Assembly: GCA_040285745.1 (NCBI GenBank)
Contig: JAUFOR010000004.1
Location: forward strand, 1,240,001-1,304,000
Direction: 5' to 3'
DNA: 64,000 bases
From: Barthelona sp. PCE
Taxonomy: Eukaryota
The notes below the pieces were generated by a model. That model searched no databases. It was given only the letters and a program-made list of their open reading frames with translations, and was not told the origin of the DNA. The number at the start of each line of letters is the position of its first letter. Positions within the stretch are counted from its first letter, which is position 1. Shown piece by piece: positions 1 to 9,466 of the stretch. The position numbers and the translations under genes were made by a program.

Positions 1-1596
1 TCTGAAGTGACGCTGGGATTTCGCCTGGGCAAATATCTGGGCCCTCGCCTGCAATGGAAGCTGATGGTGGGTGAGAGCTAAATCAACCACAATAGTACCA
101 TAAGGCTGGAGATCAATAATATCCGTATCGGATATAACCTCCTCATCACAGATGACATGAACCTCCTGTTTATATCCAACCGTCGATGTGACATGCACCT
201 GAGACGATCCCCCAGTCATCAAGAATCTATTTTGGTTGATCACAAAAGATGGTGTCAGTGAATAATGTGACTTGAGCAATGGTGGTGGTCTCACCTCGTT
301 ACAGTAACCGGTGCACAGCATATGTAGCGTAACGGTCTGACCACCATGGACAATAAAATCTACCTTTGAGTAATGCTGAATCGGCTTTTCACACGTGAAG
401 TTAACAACCAAGCATGTGTAACTCTTCCGATCAACAACACCAGTCGTCTGCGATAGTTTAAACACGCTGCTGGGGTCTGCCACCGTCCACGTGATTGGCA
501 TCGTGCTATGATTGTGCAACACAACCTGCCTTGTCACGGATGCTCCAATGTGGACCTGACCAAAGTTGATGAGGTCTGGCTCTAATTGGGCAACTGCAGG
601 CACAACGTCTCCCTTGAGCACAAGCTTAGGGCCAACGCCAGAGGATAATTGGAAATCTACGGTTGTAGAAAGTGGGAGATCCGCCCACTGTGGCAAGAAG
701 GTTACATGAACTGTCTGATCTGAGCGTGGTGGGATTGAACCGTACGCTGGTGTTACGAAAAATGGAGTTTTGTAATCGCCATCAAATTTGACTGCTTTCC
801 AATTAACGGTAACCTCTGTTGGATTCGAGAGTAAAACTTCAGCTCTTTTGCTCGTCTCGCTAACAACTTCACCAAAATCGATAGATTTTTCATCACAGAT
901 CAAGAACGGATACTTACCTATACCTTTCAATGCAATTTCTACTGAATCTGCTCCTTTAACCTTAAAAACAGCCTTAGATAAATGAGAAAATGCCTTTTTT
1001 GGTGAAAATGATACATATACAGACATTTTTGACTCTGACGGCACAATACCTACAGGTTTATCGACTGAAAAAGGTTCTTCAATCTTGATATTATAGTGTA
1101 AGTCAACTTGGCCATCGTTCGATATCGTTACGGGTATTGTTTCGGTTTCATTGACCGACACAAAGCCGAACTCGAGATCTGAAGGGATAGTAAAACTCAA
1201 TCGAGGGGTGTAAGCAACAGCTTTAATAAAAAATGAACCACGTTCTGTCTTAAATTCGATAAAATCCTTTACGGGCTCCATCTTGATGGGGCGGAACTTC
1301 AACGGGAAGACGTGAAGACGCCCTGATGCAAGGCGAACAGGATCAGGAAAAGGAAGTTCTAGAGTTGGATGTTTAGGGAGCTTAAACCTGATTCTCTGCA
1401 AATGGTGTGCAACATTCTTGATGGGGAGGTTGAATATGTACTCACCTCCTGGTTCCCAATTCCTGAATTCAATGATAGAGGGACAAGAGAAACCAAAGAA
1501 ACGCTCTCGGTCACTTTCCGAAAGAACTTCAGGGTCTCCGCTTCCCTGGTCGAACACGAACGTCGAGCTCGTTACTCGTTCGATCTTTGATGTCAT
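1..1596 (-). CDS. CFAP65: CFAP65/CCDC108-like flagellar protein with tandem ASH/Ig-like domains (partial, runs off window start)
   Basis: Absent from the ORF track because there is no stop in the window. Manual translation from ATG at 1596: MTSKIERV...FGFSCPSIIEFRNWEPGGEYIFNLPIKNV...QRIRFKLP...PLKFRP..., with repeated DFG/EFG...N...F.V.P..G.I/V units typical of the CFAP65 N-terminus. Confidence 0.8.
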   Translation of the reverse strand, partial: MTSKIERVTSSTFVFDQGSGDPEVLSESDRERFFGFSCPSIIEFRNWEPGGEYIFNLPIKNVAHHLQRIRFKLPKHPTLELPFPDPVRLASGRLHVFPLKFRPIKMEPVKDFIEFKTERGSFFIKAVAYTPRLSFTIPSDLEFGFVSVNETETIPVTISNDGQVDLHYNIKIEEPFSVDKPVGIVPSESKMSVYVSFSPKKAFSHLSKAVFKVKGADSVEIALKGIGKYPFLICDEKSIDFGEVVSETSKRAEVLLSNPTEVTVNWKAVKFDGDYKTPFFVTPAYGSIPPRSDQTVHVTFLPQWADLPLSTTVDFQLSSGVGPKLVLKGDVVPAVAQLEPDLINFGQVHIGASVTRQVVLHNHSTMPITWTVADPSSVFKLSQTTGVVDRKSYTCLVVNFTCEKPIQHYSKVDFIVHGGQTVTLHMLCTGYCNEVRPPPLLKSHYSLTPSFVINQNRFLMTGGSSQVHVTSTVGYKQEVHVICDEEVISDTDIIDLQPYGTIVVDLALTHHQLPLQARAQIFAQAKSQRHFR

Positions 1597-1987
1597 TAGA
1601 AAGGGATAAATTCGCTAAAACGAAATACAAGCACAATATATCAATATGGTGCTTCCTCACGATGTTTATGTTATATCTATAAGCAGCTAAGCCCCATAAA
1701 TAAAGGATGAAAGGCTCACATGCAAAAAGCCTGCTCAAAAAGGTTCTTCTTTATATATCACATATACGAATCCATCAAAATACTCATAGTATATTTTTAC
1801 TCCACATAGAGCGATACAAACTCCGAAGAAACACATCCATTTAAAAAACTCATAAATAAACAAATATTCAAGAGATAGTGTGTTCCAGCGGTTTTGTTCC
1901 ATTTGAAGTGCCAAAAAACCGCACATACTACAACAAAAATACTGTTTACGCATATTTTCCCTTTCCCGCTTTTGACTTTTAATAGCG

Positions 1988-3613
1988 ATGAGCCAAGACA
2001 TAGACATCATTGAATTGGCCATGGCCTTCAAGGAGAGGCAGTTCAATATCAGCGCATTTGATCATGTGTATCAACACATCTCAATAATCTTTATGCACAA
2101 TGCAAGCGATCTTTCGACAGCGATCCCGCTCATCTGTGTCATCAAGGGCCCGTATTTATTTATGTTTGACTTAAAATTCAGTAGCACATCACCAATTTCC
2201 TCAATTTCCGAACTTGAATCATTCAATGGTGATATAAAGACAATATTGGACGACAGATGCGCTCTCAAGAATGTGTGCACGCTTCCTGATATGGTTTTAA
2301 TGAACCCACCACCGAAGAAGGATCGTCCACCAGGTCTTGATCCAAAAATGTGTTTTACCTTGCGCACAGAATATCCTGGTAAGATGATCATCAGCCTGCA
2401 CAAGAAACCTGATCTCCAGCACCTTGTTAAGCAGGCAAAGAGTGCTGCTCTAACGGACTTATATCTACAAGAGCGATCACCTATAACGAAGAAACTCCGT
2501 CAACCTATTGATTGGAGGTTGTTTTTAAAGGATGATCAGCACATTACGCTCTATCTGCAGAGGCTACATGCTGAGGAGGAAGAGCATCTGGTTGAATTGG
2601 AGATCCAAAGGGAAGAAAATGAAAAAAAAAAATTGGAATCAACAATTCATCAAGTGAAGAGACAACGTGTACTGAAAGAATGGAAAGATCCTTACCCGCA
2701 TGGTAGCTTTGAGTATGATGGTACTGAATGGAATTGGTATGGTAGAAGAGCACAGATTTCAACAAAAATTGATGGAAAATCGGTTACTTTCATATTCGAT
2801 GGTGAGAAGATCAAAACTGCTGGTCCTTTAACTGCATTCTTCAATGCTGAGCACGGAAGGTTCATCTGGATGTTCCATAACACAAAGGTTGTGGACATTA
2901 ATATCGGTCTTAAGAAGTTTGAAATCCTCGATCAAACCAGGAGATTACGTCAATTAAACGTTGAATTGGAGCTTCTGAAGCATGCTGAAGCAGCTGAGGA
3001 TGCTAAAATGACTGAATCTGATGAAGAAAAAGAAGCAAACGATTTTGAGGAAATTTATAACGCTGAACCAGTTAAATGTGAAGCAATCGTCCCAGCTTTA
3101 AAGAGCAAGGACATTGCGCGTTTACTGTGTGCAAAACCCCCTGCGCGCATGAAATCCATCACAAAGAGCGAAGCATTCGATATTGAAGCTCAAACTACTA
3201 TGGACAGATTGATCAAGAAGGAAACTTTTGTTAGTGATATTGACAGTGATACTTTCTTTGAGTCTTCAGATTTCTTGGACACGTCCTCTGATGAGTACAT
3301 TGATGCTCAGTATACTATCTTTGATTTGGAAGAACAAATTAATGAACAGAACAAAGAGAGAATGTACCCAATCACATCACTTGTTTTATTCAAAGAAGTT
3401 GTTGTTAACAGACAGTCGGAAGCATACGGGATGCTTGATATTGTATCTTTTGATCAACGCCAGAAATGCTTTACCGTAAAAGGTATTGACTACTATATTG
3501 AGGGGGAAGTATCACCTCTTGCAATTATTATAGCTTGTACGTTTAAGAAGGCTCAGGTTATGGGTGAGCAGTTACAAAGCAGACATCGTTCAAAACGTCT
3601 CACCAAAAAATAA
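1988..3613 (+). CDS. Hypothetical protein (541 aa) with coiled-coil and acidic segments
   Basis: Long ATG-initiated ORF; no family motif recognised. Confidence 0.7.
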   Translation: MSQDIDIIELAMAFKERQFNISAFDHVYQHISIIFMHNASDLSTAIPLICVIKGPYLFMFDLKFSSTSPISSISELESFNGDIKTILDDRCALKNVCTLPDMVLMNPPPKKDRPPGLDPKMCFTLRTEYPGKMIISLHKKPDLQHLVKQAKSAALTDLYLQERSPITKKLRQPIDWRLFLKDDQHITLYLQRLHAEEEEHLVELEIQREENEKKKLESTIHQVKRQRVLKEWKDPYPHGSFEYDGTEWNWYGRRAQISTKIDGKSVTFIFDGEKIKTAGPLTAFFNAEHGRFIWMFHNTKVVDINIGLKKFEILDQTRRLRQLNVELELLKHAEAAEDAKMTESDEEKEANDFEEIYNAEPVKCEAIVPALKSKDIARLLCAKPPARMKSITKSEAFDIEAQTTMDRLIKKETFVSDIDSDTFFESSDFLDTSSDEYIDAQYTIFDLEEQINEQNKERMYPITSLVLFKEVVVNRQSEAYGMLDIVSFDQRQKCFTVKGIDYYIEGEVSPLAIIIACTFKKAQVMGEQLQSRHRSKRLTKK

Positions 3614-3632
3614 AATAATTTAGTGCAATTTA

Positions 3633-5024
3633 CTATAAGAAGGAAAGTAACTCAGTTGTTTCACTACAATCAGGGAATTGTTCACACAGACGGGCAAGAC
3701 TGGCCTTTAATTTATCATCTGAAACTGTCCAATCACTCTTTAACATGATATTTTTAATGATTTTAACAAAAATTTTATAATGTCTAAAATTTTGTTCTGC
3801 ATCAATACCTGAAAAGAAACCATCAACTTGATTCAAAAGTAGAAGTGTAATAAGGTTCTTAGGAGGAAAATCAATAGCATCTTTAAGATTATTGAAATAA
3901 TGAAAAATTGTTGCAAAAACGTTTGTCTTTAAGTTGATATGTTTCATTCTATTCAATATCCTAAAGAAATCAGCAAAAACTGGTAGATCATTCAAGACAA
4001 TCAGAATAATTGCGGCTAAATTGGGATTCTTCTCAACTAAATAAGGGAAATTACCTACTGTAATACCTAATTGATGAATTGTAGTTGGTTTAACATACCC
4101 TTCCAATGCCTCAAACTCAGAAGCTGATAATTTATGTTCATGGGCTTTTTTGACCAATGAAATAATAGCTTCGTTAATTTTTGCTTGTTCAATATCGTGA
4201 GCATCATTTCTAGAATATAAGTAATCTAGACTCATTGTCATTGGGACCAGGAAGTCCATATCTGAAGTTGTTACAGGTAATTGATAAGGTAAAGGTCGGA
4301 TGAATGGAGGTAAAAATTGTTCACATAAAAGATCATAAGATATCTCTGGAATATGTTCTTGATCAGTTCTTAAGCCAACACTCTGTTCCATCTTATCAAT
4401 TAAAAATGTATTTAAACCCATTAAAGCATGAGGAGAACGTAAATCATGTAACTTCAACACACGGTTCTTGATATCATTAACTGGAGGTATCTTAAAATTA
4501 TCGTTCTTCTGCTTGATAAACGTGCTCAACAGCGAATTGGGTGTGATTTTATGAATATGATCAAGTGGAAGAATTGACCCACTCAGATCATGAGACTTTT
4601 CATTAGGGTTATGCATAACCGGGATGACTGGCTGGATGAAGCTTGTCACCAACACACGTTCATGATGTTCTACGTGAAATTGATGATCTTCCAATAACAT
4701 ATCGAGAAAAACGATTAAAAATGGGTGACGAGTGATCGGGACTGATGCGTACATCTTGTACATTGTGTATAGTGATGCAATTCTTTGGGAACGACTTAGC
4801 ACATCATCAAGTAGACTTTTATACAGATTGAGTGAAACCCCAAAGATGTTTTGGAACTGAGCCATCACTGCGTCTGCAATTGCCTCGAATGAAGACTCTT
4901 GATCGTCCAGAATTGTGAATAACTGTTCTAATTGATCATTTTCGAACTGAAGCTGCTTGTAAAGCAGTAACATCGACTCGTGTGTAAGGAAAGGCGGCCT
5001 TTCCTGTTCGCCAGCTTCTGTCAT
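3633..5024 (-). CDS. CNOT11: CCR4-NOT subunit 11-like
   Basis: Motifs FLPPFIRPLP and FPYLVEKNPNLAAIILI match the CNOT11 C-terminal domain; HPFL.VF in the N-terminal part. Start moved from the track's TTG to the first ATG. Confidence 0.75.
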   Translation of the reverse strand: MTEAGEQERPPFLTHESMLLLYKQLQFENDQLEQLFTILDDQESSFEAIADAVMAQFQNIFGVSLNLYKSLLDDVLSRSQRIASLYTMYKMYASVPITRHPFLIVFLDMLLEDHQFHVEHHERVLVTSFIQPVIPVMHNPNEKSHDLSGSILPLDHIHKITPNSLLSTFIKQKNDNFKIPPVNDIKNRVLKLHDLRSPHALMGLNTFLIDKMEQSVGLRTDQEHIPEISYDLLCEQFLPPFIRPLPYQLPVTTSDMDFLVPMTMSLDYLYSRNDAHDIEQAKINEAIISLVKKAHEHKLSASEFEALEGYVKPTTIHQLGITVGNFPYLVEKNPNLAAIILIVLNDLPVFADFFRILNRMKHINLKTNVFATIFHYFNNLKDAIDFPPKNLITLLLLNQVDGFFSGIDAEQNFRHYKIFVKIIKNIMLKSDWTVSDDKLKASLARLCEQFPDCSETTELLSFL

Positions 5025-5212
5025 TTTGCTGTTAAAAGATAAAGAAAGCGAAAACGCCAAAAAGTTCGGATTCCTTATTTTATCCCCTTACATTCACTCT
5101 ACAACTCTATTTCAGAGCACAGAGATACTTTCATTGCATTGATTCAACGATACACAATTTTTGTTGAACTTTATATTTTTTTATCTTACATACACACAAC
5201 TACAGACTATTT

Positions 5213-7393
5213 ATGTTATTCAATCCATCTAAATATGACTTTTGGCACAAAGTCCTTGATATTCACCCAATTCGAGTGCCAGCAAGTCCCTGTTCTTTCC
5301 AAACAGTGACAAAACAGACCGCTGCAGCCGAAGAAATGCTCGAGGCTGATCTTGAGCAATTCGAGAAGTGGAAGCAGCGTAACTCAACCGATGATTCATG
5401 GCTTTCTTCTATGATTGATGAAGGTACTCTTCATGATAGGATATCTGCTCTCGTTCTTTTAGTCCAGGAAGCTCCCATGTACCGCCTCGATGTACTCGAC
5501 CAACTCATTGATCTATGCCAAACGAAACAACGTCGATTGATCAATAATGCTATCACTGCTTTGGCTGATCTTTTCATCTCGATTATGCCTACGGTTGCAA
5601 TCCCCAAATTCAACACCCTCGATCTCCGTGACGGTACCCCTGAAGAGATTCTCTGCTGGTACTGTTGCAATTTATTGGTTCAAAGATTTATGCGCTTCAT
5701 TTCAGTTTTAGAACATAATTTAGGTGATCCATTATGGCATTTCCGCCTCAAAACAAGTGAATTCCTCGCGTTATTGATTGATGTGGTCCCACAGTCAAGA
5801 AAAAGAATGCTTTCTGTTCTGGTCAACGTGTTAGGTGATGCAGAAAAAAGAGTTGCTGCTAAAGTATGTGACATTGTTGTTAGGAAGCTTAAGAGAGAGT
5901 GGGCGCACCTTAAGACTGATATTTTTGTTTTGCTAAGAGATGCTCTGCTTTCCAGCGAAAGCGAACGTCAGCAATTTTATTCCGTCGTTGTTCTCAACCA
6001 GTTACCCCTCACAAAGACAGATAGCGCTACTGCGACGCTCCTCGTTGCAGCATATCTCTCTATTTTTGTTAACCTTAAGAAGCAGGATGAAAAAATGAAT
6101 GCTTCTTTTATTAGCAACCTTTTATTAGGCTTGAATACTTTTATCCCCATCTGTGACCTTGAACATGAGGACATCATGAAGAATATCGATCTGGTCTTTA
6201 AACTTACACATCATGAATCTGTCACCGTCGGTGTTCGTGCATTGAGTCTTGTTTTTCATTTAGTTGAAAAGAACGGCGCGTTCCAGAACAGATTCTACAA
6301 GGCCATGTACTCGTTTTTGGTTAGAAAAGACGTATTGCGTTTTTCAAAGTTTGAAGTCTTTATGAATTTGCTTTACCGTGCCATGAAAGGTGATTCATCA
6401 CTTGCTCGTGTCGCTGCGTTCGTCAAGCGCATCTTTGCTGTGTGTATGAACGCCCCAGCCGAGATTGTCGCTTCCTTTTTGTTCCTTGTAAGCGAGGTCG
6501 CCAAAACTCACAGTAACCTCTTTATGCTCTTTGATGCAGATAACAACATCGTTGGCAGCGAGAGTGACAGCGAGGATGAGGAAGATGAAGATGAGAAGGA
6601 AGAAATGAGGTACGCTGAGCCTGTTGCTGAAGAAGCCGAGCCAATCATTGAAGAGACTGAGGATAACATGAACTTGTCAATTCTAGAGAGCATGGGTCTT
6701 GGGAGCACATCAACAACAGGAGCTGTTGTTGCTCCAGTAGAGGCCAAGTCGGAATCTACACCTAGAAAGAGCTTTGATCCCACAGCACGTGATCCACTCT
6801 TTGCGAATGGTGAGCATGCCACGTTCTACGAGCTTGATTTGCTTTGTAAGCATTATCATCCTAGTGTAGCAACCTTTGCTTCAATTCTCGCAGGTCGATT
6901 TTCATCTGAAGGACGATTCATTGAGTATGGAGGTTCCCCACTTGAAGATTTCAGTGTTGTCTCTTTCCTTGATAAGTTCTCTGGAAGGAAAATGAAGAAG
7001 CAAAACGAGTTTTCTTTGAATTGGAGAGAAACTATTCATTCTATGGTGTTTGAAGATGGCGAAACTAACTTACCGCCTGATTTGGCATTCATGAAGACGT
7101 TCGTTGTCAAGGAGAAAGAACGTAATCAGAAAAAGGCGTTGCTCACTTCTCTTGATGTTCTCGATGACTTTGACATGTTTGATGCTGACATTGATGATGA
7201 CCTCGCTGATCTTGAAGGCCTGGGTATCGATATTGATGAGGACGAGGACGACGAGATGTTCGCAGCTATGATGAATGCTGAAGATGACGCTGAAGAGTGG
7301 GATGAGCCTGAAGGTATCTTCTCCGAGGCCCCTAATGACGGTAGTAGCAAGAAAAAGAAGAAAAAGAAGAAGGGCGGTAGGAGACGCAAATAA
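5213..7393 (+). CDS. MAK21: CBF/Mak21 family 60S ribosome biogenesis factor (Mak21/NOC1/CEBPZ)
   Basis: GTLHDRISALVLLVQE, LVNVLGD, RVAAFVKR, FDPTARDPLFA, HYHPSV, PLEDFS...FLDKF, then an acidic and basic tail. Confidence 0.9.
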   Translation: MLFNPSKYDFWHKVLDIHPIRVPASPCSFQTVTKQTAAAEEMLEADLEQFEKWKQRNSTDDSWLSSMIDEGTLHDRISALVLLVQEAPMYRLDVLDQLIDLCQTKQRRLINNAITALADLFISIMPTVAIPKFNTLDLRDGTPEEILCWYCCNLLVQRFMRFISVLEHNLGDPLWHFRLKTSEFLALLIDVVPQSRKRMLSVLVNVLGDAEKRVAAKVCDIVVRKLKREWAHLKTDIFVLLRDALLSSESERQQFYSVVVLNQLPLTKTDSATATLLVAAYLSIFVNLKKQDEKMNASFISNLLLGLNTFIPICDLEHEDIMKNIDLVFKLTHHESVTVGVRALSLVFHLVEKNGAFQNRFYKAMYSFLVRKDVLRFSKFEVFMNLLYRAMKGDSSLARVAAFVKRIFAVCMNAPAEIVASFLFLVSEVAKTHSNLFMLFDADNNIVGSESDSEDEEDEDEKEEMRYAEPVAEEAEPIIEETEDNMNLSILESMGLGSTSTTGAVVAPVEAKSESTPRKSFDPTARDPLFANGEHATFYELDLLCKHYHPSVATFASILAGRFSSEGRFIEYGGSPLEDFSVVSFLDKFSGRKMKKQNEFSLNWRETIHSMVFEDGETNLPPDLAFMKTFVVKEKERNQKKALLTSLDVLDDFDMFDADIDDDLADLEGLGIDIDEDEDDEMFAAMMNAEDDAEEWDEPEGIFSEAPNDGSSKKKKKKKKGGRRRK

Positions 7394-7417
7394 AAAATCA
7401 TCTTTTTTACAATTTCA

Positions 7418-9040
7418 TTATTCTTCTTGTTTCATAGTATATTCAATCTGAAGGTTACCAGTAAGTGTACCGGCCGGCAAACCCTCTTGAAGAACGGTGC
7501 ATTCGAAAGGTTGGGGAAGGCATAAACCAGTGGCGAATGTCAGTGGGATCATACAATACCCTATCAAATCATCAGGTGACAGAGCGTCGTAATCATAAAT
7601 GCAAGCAGTGATGAAATGCTGTGAAAGGCTCTTTGAACCTGTGATATAGGGATGTAAAGCGGGCACATCGTTATCATCCCATTCGGGATTCCTAGTATTC
7701 TTAATGGTGGAAGTGCGGACTGGCTGATCCAAACACTCTCCCTTAAAGATTACGTAAGGGTCTGCTTCACCGTTGAGATCCATGATGGGAAAGTTCTTAC
7801 CCTTTAAATCGCTGATACGAATATGACAGTCCATTGGGTCAGACAGACAGCCCAAAGGACGGAATGTGGGCAAAGCAAATGTGGCATACACTGGCTTGTG
7901 ATCACTGCTGTTGACCGAATTGGCGTGGTTGTAATGAGTACAAAGCAGACGCTTGTTAGGTGCAGATTTCCAGAGAATACGATCACACCATGAGGGGATT
8001 CTTCCCTTTTTGGGGTCATAATCCGAGGTACCCTTGATATACCTATAAGTGGGAGGGAAAGTAACTTCTGCTTCATTGAAACCAACAAAAGCAGCAAGAT
8101 CCTCGCGTTGGTCAAGCAGTTGATCATGATCAAGCAAGAAACTAATGTTCTGTTCCTCAACAAGACGAATCACTTCCGGACGTGGTAAATTGATTCGATA
8201 GTTCAAATCACCGAACCAGAAGAGATAATCAAACTGATTAAGAATGTCGATTGAAGGATCACCTAACTTAAGGTTGGTGACAACTTCTTTAAAATTATCG
8301 TTACGAGCAGAAATCTTCTCTTGATGAGCAGCCAAATGAGAGTTAATAAAACAGAGCTTGGTACCATTATACTTCATAGAACAACCAACTGCGCCCTTGT
8401 TACCAACAACATGAGCAATACCAGTAGCCTCAGTATGAGTTTGAACATCACTGATACGATCAACATAGGTGGAATGAATAAAAATAACTAAACGGATCTC
8501 CATCATATCTACGAATGCAATTTCTTCATAGGACTCACCCAAGAACATCTTAAGAGCTCCTCTGATATCTTCTCTTGAATTGGAGTAACCATCACGAGGT
8601 GAATAAGTGGCTTCTTGAACACCAAAGACGTACATGTGGTTGCCCTTCTTGGGGATCCAGGCCTCTAGACGTGGGCATGGGGTCTCGTTTCCTACGTTCC
8701 ATGAACCAATATAGAGTTTGAGGGGTTCTGGTGCAACATCTTCTTCTATTTCCTCCTTTGAAGTTTTTCCGTTGCGGAACCCGTTCAGACATGTGATGAA
8801 ATGATGACAGTCACGGGCATCAGAGAAGTAATAAACAAGATCTGTGTCGTTGGGTGCGACATTGAGCACACATACGGACTTGTCGTCCGGCACAACACTA
8901 ACAGAGTTGATGGCATCCATGTTGATGTTCTTTTCTTCGTTGTTGCCGACTAACTCAATAAAACTGAGCAAAGATAGTCTCAATGTTACGTTCTTCTTAC
9001 CAAAACGTGCCTTTTTACGAGCTGAAAACTGAAGTGACAT
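7418..9040 (-). CDS. Inositol polyphosphate 5-phosphatase with C-terminal C2 domain
   Basis: GSWNVG, GNKGAV, NSHLAAH, WFGDLNYR, PSWCDRIL and SDHKPV catalytic motifs; C2 motifs DLNGEADPYV, RNPEW, DYDALSPDDLIG. Confidence 0.92.
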   Translation of the reverse strand: MSLQFSARKKARFGKKNVTLRLSLLSFIELVGNNEEKNINMDAINSVSVVPDDKSVCVLNVAPNDTDLVYYFSDARDCHHFITCLNGFRNGKTSKEEIEEDVAPEPLKLYIGSWNVGNETPCPRLEAWIPKKGNHMYVFGVQEATYSPRDGYSNSREDIRGALKMFLGESYEEIAFVDMMEIRLVIFIHSTYVDRISDVQTHTEATGIAHVVGNKGAVGCSMKYNGTKLCFINSHLAAHQEKISARNDNFKEVVTNLKLGDPSIDILNQFDYLFWFGDLNYRINLPRPEVIRLVEEQNISFLLDHDQLLDQREDLAAFVGFNEAEVTFPPTYRYIKGTSDYDPKKGRIPSWCDRILWKSAPNKRLLCTHYNHANSVNSSDHKPVYATFALPTFRPLGCLSDPMDCHIRISDLKGKNFPIMDLNGEADPYVIFKGECLDQPVRTSTIKNTRNPEWDDNDVPALHPYITGSKSLSQHFITACIYDYDALSPDDLIGYCMIPLTFATGLCLPQPFECTVLQEGLPAGTLTGNLQIEYTMKQEE

Positions 9041-9466
9041 GATATAGCGGGAGATAGATGTGATAAATGCAAAACAGCAAATTATTTCACAAATGTGTGT
9101 AAATTAATCCCTTTTTCATTTTTATTCACTGTTCGGGGGTGTATTCTCGTGGATATAATTTCGAAATGTGAATGCTTATACATAGACCTCGGTTAAAAAA
9201 TCACAATGATACCAATAAAGATCATATGATGTGCACTTAAGGCTGGTGAACATGGCTACCTTTGATCTAGTCTTAATTATTTGGTGAATAAATATAGTTT
9301 GGGAATAAAGTGCAAATTTTTTCCGTGGTTTTTAAAACATGCTTTTATTGTTTCATAAGTTTCAATTTTCCTCTTTTGAGCAGTAAACACCAAGATTGTC
9401 ACTGAAAAAACACCTAAAAACCCACAGAACCTTGTATTATTTTGTATAACCCTAATCTTTGTATTC

